Assembly (NCBI RefSeq): GCF_006345805.1
Contig: NC_043010.1
Span: 8,804,001 to 8,868,000, forward strand
Direction of reading: 5' to 3'
Source: Octopus sinensis
Lineage: Eukaryota
DNA: 64,000 nt
In this document: positions 12,013 to 23,249 of the stretch, in pieces
Layout: every line of letters starts with the position of its first letter
How positions within the stretch are numbered: position 1 is the stretch's first letter
Made by a program: the position numbers and the translations under genes
Notes under the pieces: model-generated
Seen by the model: only the letters and a program-made list of their open reading frames with translations
Told to the model about the DNA's origin: nothing
The model's database searches: none

Positions 12013-12577
12013 CCACATACATATATAGGCGGTGGTGAGAACAAGAGTGTGGGAGAGAGGAAGTAAGATAACAATATATACTTATGTTCTTTCTTTATTC
12101 ATTACAGTCATTGGACTGCAGTCATCCTGGGGCACCATTTTGAAGGGTTTTAGTCAAACATATCGACCCCGGTAATTATATCAGTCTGGTACATACGTTA
12201 TTGATCTATAGGTTCTTAAAACTGGTGCTTTGTAAAAACATGCACTTTTTTTTGTTTTGTCTTTATGCAACAATGGTTTTACAATGTTAATCATAAATAC
12301 ATACAGTTACAAACACATATAGATTTATATATGTATTACGCTTGTATCTATCTATTAATCTATATATTTGCTGAGGCAGACTTTCTATAGCTTGATGCTC
12401 TTTCTATCACCAACCATGACCTTTTTCCAAAGAAGGTAATATTTTCATGGAAGATTGAAAACAGAAGACACTTTCCGTATGACAGTGATATCCATTTTTC
12501 CTTTACAACTAACAAGCAATGTTCTGGTGAGACACCAACTCACACACGAACATAATCTATATATATACGTATACCAT

Positions 12578-12718
12578 CCAGCTGTAGAAATACTGCCAGA
12601 TCAGACTGGAGCCTGGTGTAGCCTCTTGGCTTCCCAGACTCCGGTCGAACCATCCAACCCATGCTAGCATGGAAAACGGACGTTAAACAATGATGATGAT
12701 GATGATGATGATGATGAT
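12578..12718 (+). mobile_element. SINE family E, 3' part with (GAT)n tail
   Basis: catccagctgtagaaa...aacccatgctagcatggaaaacggacgttaaac(GAT)n. Confidence 0.85.
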
Positions 12719-12726
12719 ATATATAT

Positions 12727-12830
12727 CGGTGCAGGAGTGGCTGTGTGGTAAGAAGCTTGCTTCCCAACCACATGGTTCCAGGTTCAGTCCCACTGTGTGC
12801 CACCTTGGGCAAGTGCCTTCTACTATAGCC
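12727..12830 (+). mobile_element. SINE family A, head only (tRNA-like A/B boxes)
   Basis: ggagtggctgtgtggtaag...ggttcagtccc...ccttgggcaagtg. Confidence 0.8.
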
Positions 12831-13104
12831 TGTACATATATGTGTGTGTTGTGTGTGTGTGTGGAGGGGTGAATGTGTGTGTACAGAGAGAAAGAGAAGG
12901 AAAAATATACATATATATGATGGACTTCTTTCAATTTTCATCTATCAATTTCACCCAGAAGGTTTGTTCGACCCAGGGCTATAGAAGACACTTCCCCAAG
13001 GTACCATGCAGTGGGACTGAACCCAAAGCTATGTGACTTGGAAGCAAACTTCTCAAAATGTGTGTATGTATATAAATATGCATTTATTTATATATATATA
13101 TATA

Positions 13105-13344
13105 TTCTTTTACTTTTATTTTTACATGTTTCAGTCATTTGACTGTGGTCATGCTGGAGCACCACCTCCAAAGTTTTTTTTTTTTCAGTCGAAGAAATTT
13201 ACCCCAGGACTTATTCTTTGTAAGCCTAGTACTTATTCTATCGGTCTCTTTTGCCGAACCACTAAGTAACGGGGACATAAACACACCAGCATCGGTTGTC
13301 AAGCGATGTTGGGGGGACAAACACAGACACACAAACACACATAT

Positions 13345-13377
<33 letters not shown>

Positions 13378-13552
13378 TATACATATATATGATAGGCTTC
13401 TTTCAGTTTCCGTCTACCAAATCCACTCACAAGGCTTTGGTCGGCCCGAGGCCATAGTACAAGACACTTGCCCAAGGTGCCACACAGTGGGACTGAACCC
13501 AAAACCATGTGGTTGGTAAGTAAGCTACTTACCACACAGCCACTCCTATGCC
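13105..13552 (-). mobile_element. SINE family A, full length
   Basis: tRNA-like head, CORE-like ccttgggcaagtg segment, internal microsatellite, (AGTAAAAG)n-type tail. Confidence 0.9.
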
Positions 13553-13681
13553 TTATATTAAAAAGTATATATATATACATATCTTTTAATACAAACACAT
13601 ATGTTTATATACACATTACAATTGAAAGGCTCTGAATTCTAGCACTCCACGTTGCTCAATTCTGATCATCAGACATATATA

Positions 13682-14100
13682 GGCGCAGGAGTGGCTGTGT
13701 GGTAAGTAGCTTGCTAACCAACCACATGGTTCCGGGTTCAGTCCCACTGCGTGGCATCTTGGGCAAGTGTCTTCTGCTATAGCCCCGGGCTGACCAATCC
13801 TTGTGAGTGGATTTGGTAGACGGAAACTGAAAGAAGCCTGTCGTATATATGTATAATATATATAGTATGTGTGTGTGTTTGTGTGTCTGTGTTTGTTCCC
13901 CTACATTGCTTGACACCGATGCTGGTGTGTTTACGTTCCCGTCACTTAGCGGTTCGGCAAAAGAGACCGATAGAATAAGTACTGGGCTTACAAAAAGAAT
14001 GAGAGTCCCGGGGGTCGAGTTGCTCGACTAAAAGGCGGTGCTCCAGCATGGCCGCAGTCAAATGACTGAAACAAGTAAAAGAGAAAAAAGAGAAAGAGAA
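13682..14100 (+). mobile_element. SINE family A, full length
   Basis: Same architecture; head-to-head with the 13105-13552 copy. Confidence 0.9.
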
Positions 14101-14299
14101 AGTAGCTATTCAAAAGAAAACCAGAGTCAGTTTACCAGCTTATGATTGGAAATGTGTGTTTACGTGTGTCCTCGTGCGTGTATGTGTGCGTGTGAGTATG
14201 TGTGCGCGTGTGCATGTAAATTATACATACACATATAAACTCACTCACACACACTCATGTATATACATACGCATGCACATATATACATGCACTCACACT

Positions 14300-14545
14300 T
14301 CATCATCATCATCATCATCGCAATCATCATCACCATCATCACCATCGTCATCATCATTATCATTGCCATTATCATCATCATCATCTTCATCATCACCATC
14401 ACCACCACCACCACTATCATCATCATCAACATCATTACCACAACTATAATCATCATCTACATTCCAACCACCACCACCACCACTACCACCACCACCACCA
14501 CCACACCACCACCACCAACACCACCACCACTACCATCATCATTGA
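14300..14545. repeat. (CAT/CAC)n trinucleotide tract
   Basis: Direct reading; flanks homologous to those of the 11275 tract. Confidence 0.95.
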
Positions 14546-14873
14546 TATATGTGTGTTTGTGTGTGTGTGGGGGTGTGTAGCATATATATGTGTATAGTGT
14601 ATATATAATATATATATATGTATATGTATACATATATTATATTTATGTGTGTGTAAGTATATATATATATATATATATATACATATATATATTTACACAC
14701 ACTGTGCACATATCCTTTCAGTTCTGTATAAGGTTCCTTTGTTTCGGCTTTAGTGTTTCTTGGTTACTTTCTCTGATACCAATTCCTTACTTTCCACTTT
14801 CATTCTATTTGTCTTGCATTAAATACAATAGATGTTCAACAATAATCATTAACATTTTTAAGGAACAATTATC

Positions 14874-14923
<50 letters not shown>

Positions 14924-15174
14924 ATATATATTTTTATATGTTTATGTTTTTTTTTTCTTTTTCAATTACTAATTATTATTTTTTATGTACATTGGCATAA
15001 TGCCACAATTTGGTGGGAGATAAACTGATATAGCTAATTGAATCAAACCTTACAGAAGACTGGCTCTTATTTTATAGATTCCAGACTGATAAACTGAAAG
15101 CATGAATGAAAGAAAATTTTGCACCTAAATTTCATTGAAAGTTTACCTATTACTGAGATGCTCAACAATGCTAC

Positions 15175-15575
15175 ATCATCATCATCATCATTGTTCGACC
15201 GTGGTCGAGACAATGGAATTTACCATGCTACGCCAGACTTCACGGTCCATCATGGCATTACGGAGGTCCTGTTGCTTGATGCCTGTATCCCTGGAGATTA
15301 CATCAGGGTAGGAGAAGTGTGCGCCCTCTGTATTGCGAGTAGATGGCTTCCAGAGGAGAAGAGTAGAAATTACTTCTTTTTCAGCTCTACAACAATGTCC
15401 CAAAAACTGGACTCTCCTACCTTTCACAAGAGATGACACAGGTGGTAGTTTCCCATATATTTGCATTTTGGTTGGATGGCGCTTCCATGAGAGATTTTGA
15501 GCTCTCATAAGGAGGCGAGTGTAGGTCCCATCCAACCGCCTCTCAAGCTTCTTTGATAACGTCCAGTCCACTGTC
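15175..15575 (-). mobile_element. 5'-truncated RTE-clade LINE 3' fragment
   Basis: WTLSKKLERRLDGTYTRLLMRAQNLSW...IYGKLPPVSSLVKGRRVQFLGHC...MMDREVWR is typical of the RTE C-terminus; (GAT)n tail directly after the stop. Confidence 0.85.
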
Positions 15576-15808
15576 GAAACCCTGAATGGAAAAATAGGTA
15601 TCTCTACAGATAAGAGGTCCCTTGAAAACTTGATTTTAGAAAGACATGCATCGTGGGTTGTAATCTTAATTAGTGACCCAACTTAAAATTACCACCTGGA
15701 TCTTGGGTGCCTTTACGCTAAGTCCACCTTGTTGCAAGTATTCAGGTCTTCCACCAGAGGACATCTTCCTTCCCACTTGTCTCCTCCTTGCTTTATTTAA
15801 CCCTTTAA

Positions 15809-15959
15809 CGAGGTGATTTTAAATTCTCAAATGCAGGATAATGCTAATAATATAGCCTGAACAGGATAAGCTACCCCTTTCTGCAAAATAGGGGTAGCTT
15901 ATTCTGTTCAGGCTATATTATTAGCATTATCCTGCGTTTGAGAATTAAAAATCACTTCT
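15809..15959. mobile_element. Short palindromic MITE-like hairpin flanked by TTAA
   Basis: 15813-15878 is the reverse complement of 15890-15955 with about 3 mismatches; 11-nt loop; TTAA at 15805-15808 and 15960-15963. Confidence 0.75.
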
Positions 15960-16036
15960 TTAACTTTCTAAAACATCTCAACGCTTCTAAAGCGAACTTC
16001 GTTAGTTTGTTTACATTCATCATAATTTGAATTTAA

Positions 16037-16262
16037 CCCTTTAAAATTGAAACCACCCCTATGTGGCCAAAATATTCTATTCTGTTTTATGTTCAAATTG
16101 ACCAGATCTGATCTGACCTCTCACACCTATCCTACAATATCATTCTAAATTTAACAATTACATCATTGGAAACTCAAAGCTACATGACAGAGCATGATTA
16201 ATTCAAAATTATGTGAATAAATAAGTGTTACATTTGACAAAGTAAGCTAAATGCTGACGTGT
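16037..16262. mobile_element. piggyBac-like MITE, family PB2 (diverged)
   Basis: Starts TTAA-cccttta; interior homologous in reverse orientation to 31687-31878. Confidence 0.65.
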
Positions 16263-16363
16263 TTAACCCCACCCCACACAACCGTTAACCTCTAAACTCA
16301 TTCTTTCCTGCACAGAACGTCTGCACTCTGAAACTTTCTCTCCTTTTATGTTTTTCCTCACAG

Positions 16364-16469
16364 GTGTTGACTTGCGAAAGATTAAAATAAACATTAACAG
16401 CACCAGTCTCTCTTGTCTCAAAGAGCTTGCAAAGGCTAAGAGAACTGGCCCTTTCTTCAGACCCAGCAG
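16364..16469 (+). other. Orphan exon-like unit (106 nt), product unknown
   Basis: Acceptor ctttctctccttttatgtttttcctcacag|G and donor CAG|GTGAGA; one open frame VDLRKIKININSTSLSCLKELAKAKRTGPFFRPS. Confidence 0.5.
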
Positions 16470-17394
16470 GTGAGAAAAAGAAAAAAAAAAACCAGCAAAA
16501 AGTACCAAACAAACAAACAACAGAAAACAACTTCCTTTGATATTAAAAATTTAATTACCTTTTACACTGAACATTACATTATTTTTAAACAGTAGATGTA
16601 ATGATAGACTTTACATTTATGTCTCTCAAGTATTGACTTTTACTTGCTATGAATTTTTAGCTGTCTAGCTTGATTGATGTATACAAAGAGTAAACCGAAT
16701 ACATTTTCTTCTCTGACTTCTACTCATTTGTGTTGAAAGACAATTATATATGACACAGTTCACTTACATATATTGTTATGTGACACATTAAATTCTAATT
16801 TACTGATTTTCGATAAAATCTAATCTACTGATTTGTCATTAAATTTGAATCTACTGATTCTCATTAAATTCAAATTTACTGAATCTCATTCAATTTTAAT
16901 TTACTGAGTCATTAACTTTAAAGCAACTGAGCCACGCTCCATGCTTATCTACTGTGTTACATTAAATTTGAATAAATTACATCTCATTTTCATCAACATC
17001 ATTATCATCATCATCATCATCGTAATCACCACCACCAATTCCACCATTTTAATGTCTATTTTTCTATACTTGGATGGGTCAGATGAGAATATGTTGGAGA
17101 GGTATTCCCAAAAGTAGGATGCCTTTCCTGTTGCCAACCCACCACTCATTTCCAAGTGAGGTCTTAACATTGTAGTCAATCAAGCAACAATTAGCCAAGA
17201 GATGTTTTAAATGGAAAACTGACAAATTTGACACTGTATGAATGAATCTCTTGTTTACTAAAGTCACAAGGCAGACAAGAGAAATACAAATTCACTAACA
17301 CATAGAAACACAGACACTCATAAATATATATTTTGTTATTTTTTGCGTACTTTTAAAATATATTACATACAGACATCAGCAGAATTTAAAATTA

Positions 17395-17850
17395 GAGCAT
17401 AATGACAAAATACTACTAAGCATTTTGTCTAGCATGGTAATGATTCTGCCAATCCTTCCTACTATAGGCACAAGGCCTGAAATGTGGGGTGAGGGAGGCA
17501 GTCAGTTAGATCGACCCCAGTATGCAACTGGTACTTAATTTATCGACCCCAAAAGGATGAAAGGCAAAGTTGACCTCAGCAGAATTTGAACTCAGAACGT
17601 AAAGAGGGATGAAATACCTATTTCTTTATTACCCACAAGGGGCTAAACACAGAGGGGACAAACAAGGACAGACATAGGTATTAAGTCGATTACATCAACC
17701 CCAGTGCATAACTGGTACTTAATTTATCGACCCCAAAAGGATGAAAGGCAAAGTTTGACCTCAGCAGAATTTGAACTCAGAACGTAAAGAGGGATGAAAT
17801 ACCACTTAGCATTTCGTCCAGTGTGCTAACAATTCTGCCAGATCACTGCC
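17395..17850 (-). mobile_element. Two nested/tandem SINE family B copies
   Basis: Duplicated ctggtacttaatttatcgacccc...gaatttgaactcagaacg blocks. Confidence 0.8.
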
Positions 17851-18068
17851 TTCATCACTATCTTATTAATGATAAAACTATTTTTTAATTTAGTCACAAG
17901 GGTACCAGTTTTGAGAAGAGAAAATTAGTCAGTTACACCGACCCAAGTTTTTAACTGGTATATATGTTTGCTATTTACAGGGTTATGAAAACCAATGTTT
18001 ATCATCATCATCATCATCATTTAACACCCGTTTTCCATGCTGGCAATGGTTGGACGGTTTGACTGAAA

Positions 18069-18299
18069 GGCGGCGAGCTGGCAGAAACGTTAGCACGCCG
18101 GGCGAAATGCTTAGCGGTATTTCGTCTGTCTTTACGTTCTGAGTTCAAATTCTGCCGAGGTCGACTTTGCCTTTCATCCTTTCGGGGTTGATTAAATAAG
18201 TACCAGTTATGCACTGGGGTTGATGTAATCGACTTGATCCGTTTGTCTATCCTTGTTTGTCCTCTCTGTGTTTAGCCCCTTGTGGGTAGTAAAGAAATA
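18069..18299 (+). mobile_element. SINE family B, full length, inserted into a family E copy
   Basis: 13-bp TSD ggtttgactgaaa at 18056-18068 and 18300-18312; central gcctttcatcctttcggggt..ataa.taagtaccag resembles Deu/Nin-type SINE domains. Confidence 0.9.
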
Positions 18300-18744
18300 G
18301 GTTTGACTGAAAAACTGGTAAGTTGAGGAGCTGCATCAGGTTCCCATCTGATTTGGCATGGTTTCTACAGCTGGATACCATTCCTAATGCCAACTGCTAC
18401 AAGAGTGTAGTGGTTGCTTTTTATGCACCAGTTATGTAACACTGGCATTGGCCATAACTACAATCTCACTTAGCTTCACAGGTCATAGAATGTAAAGAGG
18501 TGGAAGAAGTACCACAAAGCACACCCTGCCAACCAATGCTCCAATGGTTCAGTTAATCTGCCTTCTGATAATAATTTTGTTATAATATAGACATGAGGCC
18601 TACATGAAATTTTGAGGGAGTGAATTAGTAATTAATTAGTCAATTGAATCAACTTCAGTACTTGGTTAAGTATTTTCTTTTATCAGCCCCTAGAAGAAGA
18701 ATGACAGGTAAATTCAAACTCAGCAAAAATTGAATTCAGGACTT

Positions 18745-19043
18745 CAAGTGCCGGTGGCACATAAAAAGCACCATCCAAACATTGCCAGCGCCGCCTTGGC
18801 TGGCTTCCGTGCCGCTGGCATGTTAAAAGCTCCAACCGATCGTGGCCGATGCCAGACCCCACTGGCACCTGTGCAGGTGGCACGTAAAAAGCACCCACTA
18901 CACTTGCGGAGTGGTTGGCGTTAGGAAGGGCATCCAGCCGTAGAAACTCTGCCAGATCAGACTAGAGCCTGGAGCAGCCCCTGGCTTCCCAGACCCTGGT
19001 CAAACTGTCCAACCCATGCTAGCGCGGAAAACGGACGTTAAAC

Positions 19044-19075
<32 letters not shown>
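18745..19075 (+). mobile_element. SINE family E with internal tandem units
   Basis: Repeated ggca(c/t)(g/a)t(t)aaaagc units then ...ggacgttaaac(GAT)n. Confidence 0.85.
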
Positions 19076-19076
<1 letters not shown>

Positions 19077-19517
19077 GGTCAAAAACAAAAGCTGAATGCC
19101 ATGAACAAAAATAAAGTATCATCATCATCATCATCTTTGTTGTCATCATAATCACCATCAACACCACCACCACCGCGACCTCTTCCCCCTGATCATCATC
19201 ATTGTCATCATCGTCATAATCTTTGTTGTCATCATCATCCTTGCTATCGTAATAACATTAAATGTGTAACGAAATGTAAGCACAAACCACAACCACAACC
19301 ACAACAGTCTCATAACAAGAATAATGACAATAACATCGTTATCGTGGGAAACAACAATAACAACAAAATTTACTTTCCAGAATTCTTAATGATTAATCTA
19401 ATTTTTTTAGTTTTCCTTCTTCCATTGAGAAAAATTCTCTCCTCAAAAGACCGATCAGAAATATGTCAGGATAACGCAAAAAGAAAGATATGAAGTGATA
19501 TAAAATAAAATCTTGAA

Positions 19518-19905
19518 ATGAAGAAGAAGAAGAAGAAAAGAAGAAGAAGAAGAAGAAGAAAAGAAGAAGAAGAAGAAGAAGGAGGAGAAGGAAAGGAAAG
19601 AGAAGAAGATAAGGAGAAGGAGAAGAAGAAGGAGAAGGGAAGAAGAAGAGGAAAAGGAGAAGGAAAGGAGAAGAGAAGAAAGAAGAAGGAGAAGATCGAG
19701 AGAAGAAGAAGAAAGGAGAAGACGAAGAGAAGAAAGGAGAAGAAGAGAAGAAGAAAGAAGAAGAAGAAGAGAAGAAGAAGAAAGAAGAAGAAGGAGAAGA
19801 CGACGAAGAAGAAGACGAAGAAAAGAAGAAGAAAGAAGAAGAGAAGAAAAGAAGAAGAAGAAGGAGAAGACGAAGAAGAAGAAAAAGAAGAAAAAGAAGA
19901 AGAAA
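19518..19905. repeat. ~390-bp (GAA)n-like polypurine tract
   Basis: Almost exclusively A/G on the plus strand. Confidence 0.95.
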
Positions 19906-20436
19906 GAGTTACTGCTTTCAAGAAAATTAAATTAGATACAAAATTTAAGAGCTGCTGTTTAAGATGATGGTGAAAAATTAACTTTTGATTAAAGACTGTA
20001 AGTGACAGATATAAAGGAATATTTTCAGTTTAAGTGAGACAATTGAACAGAATATGGATAAATTGCATAAAATATGATGAAAGTTTTAAATATAAAACGA
20101 AAAGAAAATCGAAAAAGAAAAGAAAAAGAAAAGAGGAATGAAAAAGAAGATGAGGAAAGATTAAGGAAACAAATCAAAAACAAAAATGAAAAAAAAACAA
20201 AACTGTTTTTCTTTGAGGAAGGAATACTAGAAATATTTTACTGGAGTAAAAAGATAGCAGAGCATGTGATAAAAGATATTGACTAGAAAAAAAGCATTTG
20301 GCTCAGATAAATCAGCTGAGAAATTGAAATAAAGATTATGTTAAACAGCATATCAATGAAGAGAGCAGAGGATGTTCACATTCGGCAACTCTGTTAATAC
20401 ATATGCATATTTGTGCATGTTTGTTATCATTACCAA

Positions 20437-20444
20437 TATTATTA

Positions 20445-20482
<38 letters not shown>

Positions 20483-20777
20483 ATTAATTAATAATAATAA
20501 TAATATAATATGAATAATAATAATAATAATAATATAATGAGAATGATGATGATAATAATAATAATAATAATAATAATGATAATAATAATAATAATAATAA
20601 AAATAATGATAATAAGATTAATAAATAATAATAATAATGATAATGATAATAATAATAATAAATAATATAATAATAATGATAATAATAATAATGATATAAT
20701 AATGATAATGATAATAATAATAATCATAAAATAATAATAATAATAATGATAATTGAGATGATATAATAATAATAATG

Positions 20778-20809
<32 letters not shown>

Positions 20810-20829
20810 GATAATGATAATGGATGATG

Positions 20830-20869
<40 letters not shown>

Positions 20870-20875
20870 CACAAC
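20437..20875. repeat. (ATT)n switching to a long (TAA)n tract
   Basis: Direct reading. Confidence 0.95.
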
Positions 20876-20879
20876 AACA

Positions 20880-21020
20880 AAAATAATTATTTCGTTTATT
20901 TGCCACAAGGATGAGGGGGACAATACAAAGACAGACATAAAGTGTGAGGGTTTACATATAATGAAATGATAAAAAAAATGGGAAAGAAATGGTAAAGTAT
21001 ACACAGAAGGAACCTATGCA
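20880..21020 (-). mobile_element. Retroposon 3' end (AATAAA then (ATT)n tail), similar to the family B tail
   Basis: Minus strand gtctgtctttgtattgtccccctcatccttgtggcaaataaacgaaat resembles the family B tail gtctgtccttgtttgtcccctct...ccttgtgggcaataaagaaat. Confidence 0.5.
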
Positions 21021-21024
21021 TAGC

Positions 21025-21440
21025 ATCATCATCATCATCATCGTTTAACGTCCGTTCTCCATGCTAGCATGGGTTGGACGGTTTGACCGGGGATCTGGGA
21101 AGCCAGAAGGCTGCACCAGGCTCCAGTCTTATCTGGCAATGTTTCTACAGCTGGATGCCCTTCCTAACACCAACCACTGTGTGAGTGTAGTGGGTGCTTT
21201 TTACGTGCCACCTGCACAGGTGCCAGGCGAGGCTGGCAACGGCCGCGGTCGGATTGGTGCATTTTACGTGCCACTGGCACGGAAGCCAGTTGAGGCGGCA
21301 CTGGCTTCGGCCACGATTCGGATGGTGCTTTTTACGTGCCACCGACACGGAAGCCAGTCGAAGCAATGCTGGCATCGGCCACGATTCGGATAGTGCTTTT
21401 TACGTATCTCCAGTCCAGGGGTCCTGGCATCTACCGGGTG
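21025..21440 (-). mobile_element. SINE family E with ~3.3 copies of an internal ~65-bp unit
   Basis: gtgc(t/a)ttttacgtgcca recurs at about 21194, 21259 and 21325, with a partial fourth start at about 21393. Confidence 0.85.
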
Positions 21441-21899
21441 CCAGTCATAGGATTGGTTCAATTTCGATTCCAAATACAAATATTAAAAGAACAAAAACCA
21501 AAAGCAGTGGGGAGGATGATAGAGATGTAGTCCACCTGATACAGGAAGGCCTCTGGGAATAATCAAGGAACTCTGCTATGTGACACTTCCCTGAAACCAC
21601 AAGAGCAAGTGCCCTCTCCAATTCCTTCTCTCTGATTCACAGGTCTACACTAAAGAGAGGTACCATCCACTCTTGACATTTTTGCAATTTTCACACACCT
21701 TTTAATAAACTCACCCAAGGACAGCACTTCCCTCATTCACTCTCAATTTTCTTATCAAGTGAAACCTGAAGTCAATAAGAGCTCTATCAAAGAGGAATGC
21801 TTTTCAGCATTTTTTTTTTTTTACATAGTGATATATATCATCGTCAATCTACAACATAACAATGTTGGACACATATACGTGCATATGTATAAATATATG

Positions 21900-22075
21900 T
21901 CGGTGGCACCCACTACACTCACGGAGTGGTTGGCGTTAGGAAGGGCATCCAGCTGTAGAAACACTGCCAGATCTGACTGGCCTGGTGCAGCCTTCGGGCT
22001 TCCCAGACCCCAATTGAACCGTCCAACCCATGCTAGCATGGAAAGTGGGCGTTAAACGATGATGATGATGATATA
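21900..22075 (+). mobile_element. SINE family E, 3' part
   Basis: ggagtggttggcgttaggaagggcatccagc...cgttaaac(GAT)n. Confidence 0.85.
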
Positions 22076-22419
22076 TATGAAAAGACAAGTTAATAAATGA
22101 TGGTCATTACATATAATTCCTTTATTAGGGCTAATTTGCACTAATTATATGTAATGATACTAGGGATATATGTGAAAGTTAGTAATTATTAAATGTTAGT
22201 TAACAACAAAGAATAAAAATTAGCTATAAAATTAAGAGTTGAACAAAAGAGCTTTGCTTCTTTGCTTCTATGCTCACTTAAGGAATCCTTCCTCAGTACT
22301 ATCAAACCCTGATGAAGAAGCTTAAGCTTTGGATTTCATTGACCACTACCACATGATTCTCTATACTGTGCTTACTTTGCATTGTGTAACACATTCTTTA
22401 TATATATATACATATATAT

Positions 22420-22634
22420 ATTTCTTTATTGCCCACAAGGGGCTAAACATAGAGGGGACAATCAAGGACAGACAAAGGGATTAAGTCGATTATATCGACC
22501 CAGTGTGAAACTGGTGCTTTATTTATCGACTCCGAGAGGATAAAAGGCAAAGTCGACCCCGGCGGAATTTGAACTCAGAACGTAATGACAGACGAAATAC
22601 CGCTAAGCATTTCGTCCGGCGCACTAACGTTTCC
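22420..22634 (-). mobile_element. SINE family B
   Basis: Reverse complement of the family B pattern seen at 18069. Confidence 0.85.
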
Positions 22635-23203
22635 AAGCACCAGTCACTGGTTTAATAACAAAAAACGCTATTTTTTAACTCGTGCCAAATTCGTGATTAT
22701 TTTCAAAATTAACTGCAGTATATAAACAAAATATTTAATTAAAAATAAAGTTAAAATGGATTAAATATTATTTAAAATAAAATTTCAGAATATGTTATCA
22801 AGGGAAATATTTTGGGAAATAAATAACGGATGACAATTTAATATAGATCGCACTTTCATAATAGTAATAATTGCTCCAAAGAACATCTGAAATGAATTTA
22901 GAACTTCAAATCCAAGGAATGGCATACTGCTAAACCCAACGCTTTAAATTATACCCACCATAAGACTAGAAGTTCCAGAAGAATACATATAAAAGTAAAT
23001 AAGGAAAAAACAAACAAACCAAAACAATTGATCATATAAATCACAATGTAATGTAAGCAAAAAAAAAACAAACAATAATGATGTTAGTCATATATTTTAT
23101 AGATAGCTGCTTGTCTCAGAGAGGACATACATTACTACTACCAAATACTTAGCATACATATATACATATGTACATACATGCATACATATATGTCTATGTA
23201 ATA

Positions 23204-23249
<46 letters not shown>

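Noticed and set aside
12727-12800. tRNA genes at the heads of families A, C and D
   Set aside because: A/B boxes are present, but there is no complete cloverleaf or terminator and each continues into a SINE body.
19518-19967. 149-aa K/R/E-rich ORF
   Set aside because: Translation of a polypurine simple repeat.
21190-21410. CRISPR-like periodic array
   Set aside because: Whole units are homologous (no unique spacers), they lie inside a SINE, the context is eukaryotic and there are no cas genes.
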